Positions 51,170-60,984 of a stretch of 64,000 nucleotides of DNA are shown here, in pieces. The notes below the pieces were generated by a model. It was not told the origin of the DNA, searched no databases, and worked only from the letters and a program-made list of their open reading frames with translations. Source of the DNA: an uncultured Candidatus Saccharibacteria bacterium (GTDB lineage Bacteria; Patescibacteriota; Minisyncoccia; Phycocordibacterales; DSPV01). A program made the translations under genes and the position numbers. The DNA lies in the NCBI GenBank assembly GCA_964617735.1, contig CAZTXT010000001.1, positions 267,589 to 331,588 of the forward strand. Direction: 5' to 3'. Position 1 is the stretch's first letter; each line of letters opens with the position of its first letter.

Positions 51170-51856
51170 ATGACTAACGAGAGGGAAGAGAAAGTCAGCG
51201 AGTCGCTGCTCGTTTTCATTGATTTTCTTCATGCGGTTGTATTCGGTCTCATTGTGTCCGAAGCAGTTGAGAAGACACTTCTGGAGGGTTCAATACCCAC
51301 AGGAGAGAAGATCGGCAGACTAGTCATGCTCCTCGCGGCCTTTTATTTTCTCACATGGGATTGGATTCACGGACGGTTACTCACCCTGCGTAATCCCTAC
51401 ACCCGCTACTTGAGATTTTTTCTCGAGATTCTTATTGCGGCGTGTGGCTACGGCGTAGCATTAACGGCTCTTGCTAGAAGTATGAATATGCTTCTGTTCA
51501 TCGCAGCGATCCTTTTACTTGGTGCAGGATGGGCCAAGATAACCATGCTGGAGCATCCGCAAAGTGCGGATATGGGGGAGTTGAGAACCGTACTATGGGG
51601 ACAATTGCTTGTGATCTTGTTGACTCTTGGATTCTATGCTTATAACCTTCGTTTTCACCACGGTAGCACGGGCATTCCACAAGGATTAATTATCCTTGTA
51701 GGAGGTTGGTTTATGGTTTTGTTCTACGAGCTTGCGGTCGAGCGGCGGGAACAAGGGATCCTTGGTGGTCCTAGTGTACCATTTCTACCAAATCCATTGA
51801 TTGATAGTTGGCGAAAGAACATCCGCGTTTGGTACGCGAAACAGAAAGGAAGATGA
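51170..51856 (+). CDS. Hypothetical multi-pass (about 6 TM) membrane protein
   Basis: GGAGG RBS; alternating TM helices; FIDFLHAV and DWIHG polar TM motifs. Confidence 0.75.
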   Translation: MTNEREEKVSESLLVFIDFLHAVVFGLIVSEAVEKTLLEGSIPTGEKIGRLVMLLAAFYFLTWDWIHGRLLTLRNPYTRYLRFFLEILIAACGYGVALTALARSMNMLLFIAAILLLGAGWAKITMLEHPQSADMGELRTVLWGQLLVILLTLGFYAYNLRFHHGSTGIPQGLIILVGGWFMVLFYELAVERREQGILGGPSVPFLPNPLIDSWRKNIRVWYAKQKGR

Positions 51857-51859
51857 AAG

Positions 51860-52159
51860 ATGAAAGTTGCACAAAAAAAGTCCGAGCGCGAGAAAGAAGC
51901 GCTCCGATGGTTCCTCTTCATAGCATGGATAAACTGCGTAATACCTCTTCTGGTTTTACTGGTGGGGTTAATCGTCGCGAAATTCGTTGAGGGAACAACC
52001 TGGACATCGGTTATTGTAACAATGATCGGATTTGTTTTACTCATTGTAGGGATCTTCGGTGGTTTAGGTCTATGGTTCTATCATTCAGGGGAATCATTTC
52101 CTTCGTGGGTATACGAGGGTAAGGCAGGACCAAGAGACTATAGTTCTTCAAAAAAATGA
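51860..52159 (+). CDS. Hypothetical two-TM protein
   Basis: Follows the previous gene by 3 nt; two TM helices. Confidence 0.7.
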   Translation: MKVAQKKSEREKEALRWFLFIAWINCVIPLLVLLVGLIVAKFVEGTTWTSVIVTMIGFVLLIVGIFGGLGLWFYHSGESFPSWVYEGKAGPRDYSSSKK

Positions 52160-52196
52160 GGTAGAGATTTTGAACATCATTTTCTTTACCTTACAC

Positions 52197-52222
52197 GGGC
52201 TGGCACTCCGCCAGCCCTTTTT
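52197..52222 (+). terminator. Intrinsic terminator of the islet operon
   Basis: gggctggc-actcc-gccagccc-ttttt. Confidence 0.8.
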
Positions 52223-52237
52223 CTTTGCCTGGATTTT

Positions 52238-52969
52238 TTAGTGCCCCTCGGCGCGGGTGAAGGATGAGAACGCGACCATCGCGAGTGTCGCGAAAATGAG
52301 GGCTTGGATAAAGCCCACAAAAAGTTCAAGGCCGAGGAAGGGAACCGGGGCGACGTAGGGGACGAGCATACCCATAATGATCAAGAGGACTTCACCGGCG
52401 AAGATGTTGCCGAACAATCGGAACGAGAGCGAGATGATTTTTGAGAGTTCGCTGATGATTTCAAGGATTCCCGTGAATGCGGCTATAGGACCCTTAAAGG
52501 TGATGAATTTGCCGAGATGGTGTTTAGCGCCGACGGTCATGAGGCCGTAGATATGCGAAAGGACGACCGTGATGAGCGCGAGCGCGAGCGTCATGTTCAC
52601 ATCAGAGTGCACCGAGCGGAAGAGAGGGACGAATTCACCATTGATCGTAGTGCCGATAGAGCCGATGCCCGGAAGCGTGCCGAGCCAGTTTGAGCAGAGG
52701 ACGAAAAGGAAAATAGTCGCGACGATAGGGAAGAAGCGCTCGGCTGTTTTGCGATCGCCCGCGATGGTTTCTACGAATTTCAGGAATTGCTCGATGATGA
52801 CTTCGACGAAGTTTTGGAGTTTGCCGGGTACATGCTTGAGCCCATTCGAGACGACGAGCGAGAGAACGATGAGGAAAATAGCAACGAGCCAGCCTGTCAG
52901 CATCGTGTTAGTAACCGGCAGGGGCCCGATATGAAAAAGCGTCTCCGCGACTATTGAGATGTGTTCCAT
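52238..52969 (-). CDS. atpB: ATP synthase Fo a
   Basis: SNWLG.LP, ISLSFRLFGNIFAGE, LELFVGFIQALIF. Confidence 0.97.
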   Translation of the reverse strand: MEHISIVAETLFHIGPLPVTNTMLTGWLVAIFLIVLSLVVSNGLKHVPGKLQNFVEVIIEQFLKFVETIAGDRKTAERFFPIVATIFLFVLCSNWLGTLPGIGSIGTTINGEFVPLFRSVHSDVNMTLALALITVVLSHIYGLMTVGAKHHLGKFITFKGPIAAFTGILEIISELSKIISLSFRLFGNIFAGEVLLIIMGMLVPYVAPVPFLGLELFVGFIQALIFATLAMVAFSSFTRAEGH

Positions 52970-53011
52970 AGCCGCAATTTTACACTATTTGAGCCCTTTC
53001 GCCAGATTCGT

Positions 53012-53040
53012 TTGACATCCGTTTATTTGAAGCATAGACT
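53012..53040 (+). promoter_or_regulatory. sigma70 promoter of the T-box leader
   Basis: TTGACA-N17-TAGACT. Confidence 0.8.
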
Positions 53041-53046
53041 TTTTGT

Positions 53047-53317
53047 AGATCATGGTTTGAATATCTATCGCTTAAGTCCTGCGAAAGCGGGGTTGGGCTA
53101 AAGCGAGTCCTTAAGGGCAAGATGGTTCTTGCATACCGTAAACTCGGGACGTGAGAATCCGGTATCCTCCGTAATCATAGGAAAACCGATGTCGCTTGAA
53201 TGAGCGGAGTCGGCAAGGCCCTCTTCTTATTAAGAGGGTAAATCAAGGTGGCACCGCGGTGAAATCCCGCCCTTGTTGCACAGAGATATCTGCGCGCTGA
53301 GGGCAGGATTTTATTTT
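53047..53317 (+). promoter_or_regulatory. T-box riboswitch leader (transcriptional type)
   Basis: AATCAAGGTGGCACCGCG T-box (53241-53258); antiterminator CAAGG-TGGCACC-GCGG/CCGC-CCTTG; mutually exclusive terminator 53262-53317; stem-II-like helix 53133-53165 and a CCGTAATC IIA/B-like loop. Confidence 0.85.
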
Positions 53318-53343
53318 GGTCCCAGTTCTTTAGAGAGGTCAAT

Positions 53344-53640
53344 ATGAGTAAATCAAATCCAGTATGCAGTGGAAAAACGGAAGGGTACTTTTGTTCTTGG
53401 AGAGAGCTTAAGATGAACTATGACAGTACGATCGGGCAAACTGACCGCGTCGAGGTGTATGTCTGTCCGTGGTGCGGCTACACGAGCTTCTTGGTGACAT
53501 TCACATTCAAACCTATGCCGCATCGACAGGCCGATAGTGTGCCGAAGGGGAAATATTTCTGCGAGCATTGCGGATGGGGAACCGACTGCCCAGAGTGTCC
53601 TAGTTGCAGGAGGGATTTACGGAAGGCGAGAGGATGGTGA
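53344..53640 (+). CDS. Cys-rich putative zinc-ribbon protein (98 aa)
   Basis: GAGG RBS; CPWC, CEHC, CPECPSC; followed by a terminator (tgcgccgtgc-ttat-gcgcggcgca-tttt). Confidence 0.7.
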   Translation: MSKSNPVCSGKTEGYFCSWRELKMNYDSTIGQTDRVEVYVCPWCGYTSFLVTFTFKPMPHRQADSVPKGKYFCEHCGWGTDCPECPSCRRDLRKARGW

Positions 53641-53681
53641 CCCTCTGACATGTTTTGCGCCGTGCTTATGCGCGGCGCATT

Positions 53682-53924
53682 TTATTTGAGTATTTTTGAA
53701 ATCTTGCGATAGACAATCGTAGTAGAGGTAAATGCAGCAAGGACAACGCCTGCGACTAGAAGCCATGGTGTCGTGCCGAAGTATTTATCAGCATATCTGC
53801 CGGCCAGCGCAAAAATTACGAGCGGAATCGCGATTTGAAACCCAAGCTCCCACGCCAACGCCCACACGCTAAGAATTTTCTGCTTAGTGGCAGGTAATTC
53901 TTGATCCATTTCTTTTGAATCCAT
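53682..53924 (-). CDS. atpI: AtpZ/AtpI family (ATPase gene 1) protein
   Basis: ELGFQIAIP...GRYADKYFGTTPWLLVAG; upstream of atpB. Confidence 0.88.
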   Translation of the reverse strand: MDSKEMDQELPATKQKILSVWALAWELGFQIAIPLVIFALAGRYADKYFGTTPWLLVAGVVLAAFTSTTIVYRKISKILK

Positions 53925-54024
53925 TGTTCAATTGTAGTAGAAGAAATCTTTATTACAAACTGCGTTTTTGTCGAATCACACCTGTGCATAATTGGAATGT
54001 AAAGCATGATAGAATTTAATTAAT

Positions 54025-54333
54025 ATGAAATCCTGGAAACAGTGGCCATATTGGTTGAAGGGAGGGTTAGTGGGAGGAGGAATCGCAACTTTGTTTGCGT
54101 TGCTTTTTGATTTATGCACATCTGGTGTGATGGGTGATATAGGTTATGGTTGTGTATATTTCCTCGCGTTTCAATTCTTTCCTCTTACATGGTTTAGTAA
54201 CTTTATGGGTTCATTGTGGAATTTATATTATCCATCGCTTTGGGAAGGAATCGTAGTTTGGTTTATCATCGGTTCGTTAATTGGTTTATTAGTCGACATT
54301 TTGAAAAAAAGAAAAAAGGATTCGCTTATATAA
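54025..54333 (+). CDS. Hypothetical membrane protein
   Basis: AT-rich; WPYWLKGGLVG; TMs; basic C-terminus. Confidence 0.7.
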   Translation: MKSWKQWPYWLKGGLVGGGIATLFALLFDLCTSGVMGDIGYGCVYFLAFQFFPLTWFSNFMGSLWNLYYPSLWEGIVVWFIIGSLIGLLVDILKKRKKDSLI

Positions 54334-54364
54334 ACGAATCCTTTGTGTTTGTGAGAGAAAAGAA

Positions 54365-56887
54365 CTAGGGTACTGCTGCACGGAAGAACTGTTGGGGTGC
54401 TAATTGTGGATTTGGATCAACAAATGGAACAACACCGTTTGTATTAACTAAGACAGCGATACTCTTCCAGTCATGCAGATTTGTCGATGCTTCAAGCCGG
54501 TAAGTATAACCTGCTGGCCCAACAAGCTTGAATGCCGGTTGCCTATTAGTCGTGATTTCCATTACCGACAACGAGAACTTGTCGGGAACATCGACGAAAC
54601 CAAATATGACGTTCGTGATCATTGCTACTGACGAGACGTTAGTGTATGAGTCAACCCTGAATCCAAGGACATGAATGCCATTAGTTGTCTTTGGGAGCAT
54701 AAAGGTGTATTGCCGTAACCCGGATTGAGCCACTCGTTCGTCTACTGAACCGACAACGTCTGTGTCCCAAAAAACCGTTAAAAGTTCTCTAGATTCGTTA
54801 ACGCCAGAGAACTTTTCCTCAAATGAGACAAGATTCACAGGATTTGTTGTGTCAACGAAAAACGCAACCCATGCAGGTGAATGAGGTATCACAGATAATC
54901 CGTAACCATCTATCACGAATCCATCCCTTGGATTGCCAATGATCGTGAGTGTACTCAAGTCCTTCCGTTGCCCCCAAAGTAGATCCGATGATCTCGGGTC
55001 CGGCAAACAATTAGGGTCTGCTGTCCCTAGTTTCTCGGGTGGATCGTTGTGCACTGTGTAATTTGTTGAGGCGAATAGCCAATTGCCCCCTTCTACACTC
55101 AATGGGAAACCAAACCCCCGGTAATCAGAATTTACAATTCCCACTACAGTGTTCGAATAAAAGTTAATGGGCCAATCGTGCAGACTTGTCGCTCGGTTGC
55201 ACGCAATGATTTCCCCCGTCAACCCTTCTGGTACCGAGGCGTATCCTACAATACTTTTCTTGTAAGGATCAAGAAAAGTAACATCCACTGCATAAGCATA
55301 CTCCATGGGGCCACTTGTTAGTGTAAGAAGGCCAGTGTTTTGAGTATCCGTGTCGTAGCAGAAGTAGCTGTCTGACCAATTAGCTTTGTGTCCGTATTTT
55401 TGCCTCCCTTTGTAACCTAATCCTACATCTGGATCCAGAAACGTCTCATGAATTATCGTATTGGGAACATTACTCTTTATTATTTCAGTAGTTGCTTGAA
55501 TCAGCGCTGATCCAGCACTGTGTGCGATAAAATGAATATATACCCAATTCGCTGGAGTCAAACTCTTGCCGAGCGAGTTACCTTCCCTTTCTGCTCGACC
55601 AAGAACAGTGTCAAGCAAGATCTCTTTTAGGTCTGATTTGGCACCTTCTACCCACTTATACCCAGCGACTTGCCAGTTATCTAGGGCAGGACTGTGATCT
55701 GCCAAGTAGAGAGCGATAGAGTTTGACATCGCATCAACCCAATCAGTTGATTCTGCGACAGTATTCTCTCGCCACGAAGGTATCGCCCCGTGTGTGATTA
55801 ATATCAGACTATCCTTCCCAGGTTCTCGTGTTGGACAAGTCCCGTAGACTGGCTGTGGCTGGGAGACCAAACACCAAGGCATAAGTGGATTTAGTAGATA
55901 GGCGTGATAAAGGCCAGATGAATTTCTACCTCTCCCGACGATTTGGCCGAGGTCGTTTATTGCATTTCCACCTTCGATTGACCATTCTGAAGTTGGGTCT
56001 ATGAGCTCATTTATATGCCTCATCGAGCCGTTGTAGTATAGGAATCCTTGATATTGGTCCTCACCAACCACTTTCCCGTCAGAGTTTATCCCGCGAGCGA
56101 AGGTGTTATTTCCTCCCAAAGTGCCCAAGTCTTGCATGGTGCCGTTTGAGTATAGGAATGGATGTTCGTATACAGTACCGTTAACGTAGGTGACGCCAGT
56201 GATCTGGCCGTTGTTGTTGATGCCGTTTGCTGTACTCCAGCTACCGCCAAGGGATCCTAGATCATATGTCAACCCGTTTGAGTACAAAAAGGCATGGAGA
56301 CGACCATTGGTGCTTGCTTCCCCAACAACTTGCCCAATTGCATTGATCGCATAACCATAACTGTCGTTTCCGTCTATCGTCCCGAGGTCTTGCATCGAGC
56401 CATTGAAGTACAGAAATGCTCGAGCGTGAGTGCCACTTCCAGCATAGCCAGCAATTTGTCCGCTATCGTTAATAGCGTATCCCCAGCTCCAGTTATTACT
56501 CCCAGAGAATGTACCTAAGTCTTGCATACTCCCCGCAGCATACTTGAATGCATGAGAGTAAGTGGCATTAATGTGGGAATAACCAACTATAATTCCGTTG
56601 TTATTGATCCCCCGAGCAACGCTCTGAGGGCCTCCCAAGGTGCCCAGGTCTCGCATCACGTTGTTTGAGTACAGGAAAGCATGCAACGCGCCATTGCTCG
56701 TCAGCGAAGAGCCGACAACCTCTCCCTTGTTGTTTATTCCATATGCCTCACTCCAATTACCCCCTAAAGTGCCGAGATCAACTACCTGATAGGAGACTTG
56801 TGCGGCGGCATCGATTAATTGGAGGGATAGTATCCCAATTGTCCATGTGCTGTAGACATTCAGTTTCTTTTTTGTCGTCATAGCCAT
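54365..56887 (-). CDS. Secreted HAF-repeat beta-propeller, alpha/beta hydrolase and Verrucomicrobia-type C-terminal module
   Basis: About seven repeats of HAFLY..G.M.DLGTLGG..S.A.GIN..G; LITHG and HFIAHSAGS lipase-box-like motif; C-terminal [12 protein letters not shown]...FVDP...QQFFRA. Confidence 0.85.
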   Translation of the reverse strand: MAMTTKKKLNVYSTWTIGILSLQLIDAAAQVSYQVVDLGTLGGNWSEAYGINNKGEVVGSSLTSNGALHAFLYSNNVMRDLGTLGGPQSVARGINNNGIIVGYSHINATYSHAFKYAAGSMQDLGTFSGSNNWSWGYAINDSGQIAGYAGSGTHARAFLYFNGSMQDLGTIDGNDSYGYAINAIGQVVGEASTNGRLHAFLYSNGLTYDLGSLGGSWSTANGINNNGQITGVTYVNGTVYEHPFLYSNGTMQDLGTLGGNNTFARGINSDGKVVGEDQYQGFLYYNGSMRHINELIDPTSEWSIEGGNAINDLGQIVGRGRNSSGLYHAYLLNPLMPWCLVSQPQPVYGTCPTREPGKDSLILITHGAIPSWRENTVAESTDWVDAMSNSIALYLADHSPALDNWQVAGYKWVEGAKSDLKEILLDTVLGRAEREGNSLGKSLTPANWVYIHFIAHSAGSALIQATTEIIKSNVPNTIIHETFLDPDVGLGYKGRQKYGHKANWSDSYFCYDTDTQNTGLLTLTSGPMEYAYAVDVTFLDPYKKSIVGYASVPEGLTGEIIACNRATSLHDWPINFYSNTVVGIVNSDYRGFGFPLSVEGGNWLFASTNYTVHNDPPEKLGTADPNCLPDPRSSDLLWGQRKDLSTLTIIGNPRDGFVIDGYGLSVIPHSPAWVAFFVDTTNPVNLVSFEEKFSGVNESRELLTVFWDTDVVGSVDERVAQSGLRQYTFMLPKTTNGIHVLGFRVDSYTNVSSVAMITNVIFGFVDVPDKFSLSVMEITTNRQPAFKLVGPAGYTYRLEASTNLHDWKSIAVLVNTNGVVPFVDPNPQLAPQQFFRAAVP

Positions 56888-57029
56888 TGAATTTTCAAAG
56901 TTCCGTTTTTACCCTTATGTCTGCTTACTCAAGCAGTTGGGTGTTCTTGTATTAAAATATAACGGAAATGCATTTTTGGGTAGGGATTAGGTTTGATGTT
57001 CAACTAACTGATTCCTTGCTAGAATTAAG

Positions 57030-58277
57030 TTGCCCGATTGGAAATTTGGAGGAATGAATTCCACCGAACTCAAGAAGACCCTCGACTTTATTGAGGATAA
57101 AATTGCTTATCCTGATATCTTTACTATTGAAGGAGCTTCGACAAATCCGGAAATTACTATTGATGGCAGGAAAGTTCTGATTTTTTGTTCAAATAATTAT
57201 CTTAGCGTTGCTACAGATCCTCGAATTAAGGAGGAAATGAAAAGAGCTGTGGAAAAGTATGGTATGGGTTCGGGGGGATCCCGACTTGTCTCTGGCAATA
57301 TCTACATACAAGGGGAGTTAGAGAGGAAGATAGCAGAATTTAAGGGTACAGAAGATGCTATAACCTTTTCGACTGGCTATATGGCTAATGAGGGAACAAT
57401 CCCCGCTCTTTTGCAACCTCCGGGCACATCTCTTTTTAATTATTTCAAAAATAAGACGTTCCTACGTGACTCCGCTTTAGTTCTCAGTGATGAGCTTAAC
57501 CATGCGAGCATCGTCGACGGTACCAGGCTTTCCAGGGCTGACAAGATTATTTACAAGCATCGAGATATGGCTGATTTAGAGAAAGCTTTACGTCGCTCTG
57601 GAAAATATAAAAGAAAATTGATTGTTACAGACGGGGTGTTTAGCATGGACGGAGACATAGCTCCACTTGATGAAATTATGAGCATATCTAAGAGATATGC
57701 TGCTATTGTTATGGTTGATGATGCTCACGCGACCGGAGTACTAGGCGATAGTGGTAAGGGGACCGCAGAGTATTTTAAGTTAAAGGACCATCCAGAAGTC
57801 ACCATGGGTACGTTCACGAAAGTTTTTGGAGGGGTCGGCGGTTTTGTTGCGGGCTCAAAAGATCTTATTAAATACCTTCGGGTAACAGCGCGCCCATATA
57901 TATTTTCAGCTCCTATTCCCCCTGTTATAGCCTGTGGTTTGCTCAGGGCAATAGATATTGTTTCTAGCGAGCCCCAAAGGAGAATACGATTATGGTCTAA
58001 CATCAATTATTTAAAGAATAGACTTGATGAGCATGGCTTTAACACCCTGAGAAGCGAGACGCAAATCATACCTATATTTATAGGAGAAGAAAAAAAGGCA
58101 ATTCTCGTTTCCCGCAGGCTCCTTGAGCTAGGCTATTTTCTACCCTGCATTCGTTGGCCAGCCGTAGAGCGTGGGAAAAGTAGACTACGTTTAACATTGA
58201 TGGCTGATCACACGAAAGAGCACATTGATGGATTGTTAAGGGCGCTTATTTCAGTAAAAGATCAAGTTCGCTTTTAA
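57030..58277 (+). CDS. Alpha-oxoamine synthase family PLP enzyme (BioF/CqsA/SPT-like)
   Basis: FCSNNYL, GSGGSRL, SDELNHASIVDG, DGVFSMDG, DDAH, GTFTK (PLP lysine), RLRLT; start TTG 57030 or ATG 57054. Confidence 0.92.
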   Translation: MPDWKFGGMNSTELKKTLDFIEDKIAYPDIFTIEGASTNPEITIDGRKVLIFCSNNYLSVATDPRIKEEMKRAVEKYGMGSGGSRLVSGNIYIQGELERKIAEFKGTEDAITFSTGYMANEGTIPALLQPPGTSLFNYFKNKTFLRDSALVLSDELNHASIVDGTRLSRADKIIYKHRDMADLEKALRRSGKYKRKLIVTDGVFSMDGDIAPLDEIMSISKRYAAIVMVDDAHATGVLGDSGKGTAEYFKLKDHPEVTMGTFTKVFGGVGGFVAGSKDLIKYLRVTARPYIFSAPIPPVIACGLLRAIDIVSSEPQRRIRLWSNINYLKNRLDEHGFNTLRSETQIIPIFIGEEKKAILVSRRLLELGYFLPCIRWPAVERGKSRLRLTLMADHTKEHIDGLLRALISVKDQVRF

Positions 58278-58282
58278 ATTAG

Positions 58283-59308
58283 ATGACGAATAGGCAATTA
58301 TTTGAGAAGTACCAAAATATCAAGAAAGATACAGGATTAAGTTTTTACGACACACACATTCATCCGCATGATGTTTTTGGACTAGCAAAAGCAGAAAAGG
58401 TTTCTTTTGGAGAAAAAATCAAGGTCTCGGGTCCCACTCTGCTAGAGAAACTCAAGTATAGTAATTCCGCACTTTCTTTGTTGGGTTTCTTATTCCGTAA
58501 TACTCCTGGCTATATAACTAGAGAGATAAAAAAGAGTTTTCCGGTAATTAGCGAGCAGAAACTTCTGGAAGTGTTGAGCGCTTCACTCATTGATTCTGCA
58601 GTTCTTGTGCCAATATATCCTAAAGTATCGCCATATGAACTCTATAAATCTTTTTCCTCCTCAAAATTTATTAGGCTAGGTTCAGCAGATTTCAGCCTGA
58701 ATGAAATTGACTTAGAAAAAGATCTTGGCCAGCAGCTAAACATGCATTCAATTAAAGGGATAAAATTACATCCCAATATACAGTCATTTTATCCAGAGCC
58801 GTCTCGCAATAACATAACCGTCGAATCAAAACTAAAAGTTGTTTATCAATTTGCAAACAAAAATAATTTATATTTATTATTTCACGGAGGAATCTCATAT
58901 GTTCCGACAGGTTTTTCATACGAGAGGAGGGAATATGCCCTTCTGAACCGCTTCTTTTCTGGGAGGAAAAGTTTCCTTGCGGATATAAATGTTCCGGTTG
59001 TGATCGCACATTTAGGTATTTATAATATTAAAGAGCCTGATTTTAAGATAATAAGACGTATCTCTGAGTTTGAAAACGTGCATTTTGATACTGCCGCTGT
59101 AAATCCAAAATATATTTTGAACTATCTTAACTATTTCACTCCGAAAAAGTTAGTATTTGGCTCTGATACCCTATATTTCAATCTGAAGTATAATTTAGAG
59201 ATGTTCCTTCGAACTCTTTATGCACACTCTGATTCTAAATTTGAAGAGAATGTTCTGAGTGTTTTTCATAGCAACTTTGTTAATAACGTTCTTAGGATTC
59301 GATCTTGA
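58283..59308 (+). CDS. Amidohydrolase_2 family metal-dependent hydrolase
   Basis: DTHIH, GIKLHP, FHGG, IAHLG, FDTA, FGSD. Confidence 0.88.
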   Translation: MTNRQLFEKYQNIKKDTGLSFYDTHIHPHDVFGLAKAEKVSFGEKIKVSGPTLLEKLKYSNSALSLLGFLFRNTPGYITREIKKSFPVISEQKLLEVLSASLIDSAVLVPIYPKVSPYELYKSFSSSKFIRLGSADFSLNEIDLEKDLGQQLNMHSIKGIKLHPNIQSFYPEPSRNNITVESKLKVVYQFANKNNLYLLFHGGISYVPTGFSYERREYALLNRFFSGRKSFLADINVPVVIAHLGIYNIKEPDFKIIRRISEFENVHFDTAAVNPKYILNYLNYFTPKKLVFGSDTLYFNLKYNLEMFLRTLYAHSDSKFEENVLSVFHSNFVNNVLRIRS

Positions 59309-59320
59309 ATTAAAAAAGAA

Positions 59321-60895
59321 ATGCAGTACATCATTCTTTTCTTTAGCATTGTAAATCTTTTGCTTGGTGTGATTATCTTGATACACAGCAAACACGAGAA
59401 GGAAAATGTGACATTCCTTACATTCGCATTTTTTGCAAGCTTATGGACATTCAACAATTTTTATTTAAGAGTGAATCCGGAAGTAACGATTCTGCGAGGA
59501 TCGTATGCTTTAGGCTTGATTGTCGCAACATTTGGACTCATCTGGAGCTATTTTTTTCTTAAGAAAAACCTGCCAGTACTGGTAAAATTTGTCATATTAC
59601 CTCTATCGATTTTCTTCTTTTTCGTTACTCTCTTCTCAGATTCTGTCGTTAGGAGTCTTGCTTCAATAAAGCAGTTAGGGTACGAGGGTGAATTGGGGCA
59701 ATGGTTCAATATTTATTCTGCATACTTTACTGTTGTAATCGTTTTAATAATTTATGAGTTTTTCCTAAGGTTACGGCAAGAAAAAGATGAATCAAAGAAA
59801 GTTCAGATTAGATATGTTTTAGCAGGAGCGTTCTTTTTTGCTCTTATTTCGTCTATTGTAAGTTTCCTAATCCCGACTTTTTTTCACACGCTACGTTTCA
59901 CTATCTTGGACAATTTCAGTTTCTCTATTTTTCTTTTTGCTATAGTTTATGCGATATTGAAGCAGCACCTTTTCAATATAAAGATTATTGTTACCGAGAT
60001 ATTTGTCTTCTCGCTATGGGCTTTTATTTTAATTAGAAGTATTTTATCTGAAAACCTCCAAGACGTTTTTGTTAACGGTACCCTATTGGTTTTGACTGTT
60101 ATTGTAGGGACTTTCTTAATCAGAAGCGTTATCAAGGAAGTTCAGCAGCGCGAGAAGATTCAAGAGTTGGCCAAAGATTTGGAGGAGACTAATGATCGGC
60201 AGGAGAAGCTCATTCATTTCATCGGACATGAGGTGAAGGGATATCTGACGAAGGGAGAGTACGCATTTTCGGAGATGATCGAGGGTGATTTCGGCGACCT
60301 CTTACCCCAAACGAAGGTGCTCGCGACGACTGCGCTTAAAGAATTACGCAAGGGCGTCGCGTCGGTTACGGACATACTCAAGGCCGCGAATCTCAAGCGT
60401 GGTACGGTAACCTACGATAAGAAACCCACCGATCTTAAAGATCTCCTCAAGGATGCGGTCATCAAACTCCAGCCTGCGGCACAGGAAAAAGGACTTTCCT
60501 TTGAGACTACTATGCAGGAATCAGAGCAATTCATGGCCAATATCGATGCCGGACAGTTCGGCGAGCATGTCATCCGTAATCTGATCGACAATTCCATACG
60601 GTACACTCCCCATGGTTCGGTAACCGTTGGTCTCGCTCATAAAGATGGCAGGATTGTTTTTTACGTTAAAGATACCGGTGTGGGCATTTCGGATGAGGAC
60701 AAGGCTCATCTCTTTACCGAGGGCGGACGGGGCAAGGATTCCCTAAAGGTGAATGTGCATTCGACGGGGTATGGACTCTACATCGCCAAAAATATCGTTG
60801 AGGCCCATGATGGGAAGATCTGGGCCGAGTCGGCCGGTCCCGGGAAGGGCTCGACCTTTACGGTAGAGTTGCCGGAAGTCGCAGCATCTCAATAA
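59321..60895 (+). CDS. Sensor histidine kinase with an N-terminal multi-TM (HisKA_7TM-like) input domain
   Basis: About 9 TM helices; H-box IGHEVK, N-box NLIDNSIRYT, DTGVGI, GYGLYIAK, GKGSTF. Confidence 0.92.
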   Translation: MQYIILFFSIVNLLLGVIILIHSKHEKENVTFLTFAFFASLWTFNNFYLRVNPEVTILRGSYALGLIVATFGLIWSYFFLKKNLPVLVKFVILPLSIFFFFVTLFSDSVVRSLASIKQLGYEGELGQWFNIYSAYFTVVIVLIIYEFFLRLRQEKDESKKVQIRYVLAGAFFFALISSIVSFLIPTFFHTLRFTILDNFSFSIFLFAIVYAILKQHLFNIKIIVTEIFVFSLWAFILIRSILSENLQDVFVNGTLLVLTVIVGTFLIRSVIKEVQQREKIQELAKDLEETNDRQEKLIHFIGHEVKGYLTKGEYAFSEMIEGDFGDLLPQTKVLATTALKELRKGVASVTDILKAANLKRGTVTYDKKPTDLKDLLKDAVIKLQPAAQEKGLSFETTMQESEQFMANIDAGQFGEHVIRNLIDNSIRYTPHGSVTVGLAHKDGRIVFYVKDTGVGISDEDKAHLFTEGGRGKDSLKVNVHSTGYGLYIAKNIVEAHDGKIWAESAGPGKGSTFTVELPEVAASQ

Positions 60896-60984
60896 AAAAG
60901 GCGTGTTGGAGAGGTACCTCTCCAGTGCGCCGGTGCACTCGACTCATTGCTGTAGAGCGCTTCGGGTGCGAGTTTCTTTTTCAT
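60889..60984 (-). CDS. Candidate 31-aa peptide
   Basis: TGG-TAAGCT extended -10, AGGAGG-N6-ATG, MKKKLAPEALYSNESSAPAHWRGTSPTRLFY. Confidence 0.35.
   Translation of the reverse strand: MKKKLAPEALYSNESSAPAHWRGTSPTRLFY
60894..60931. terminator. Terminator hairpin (U-tract on the minus strand)
   Basis: ggcgtgttggagag-gtac-ctctccagtgcgcc preceded by an A-run. Confidence 0.75.

Noticed and set aside
57030-58277. Assigning the symbol bioF
   Set aside because: Family membership is clear, but there is no bioA/B/D context and the family also includes Kbl, SPT and CqsA.
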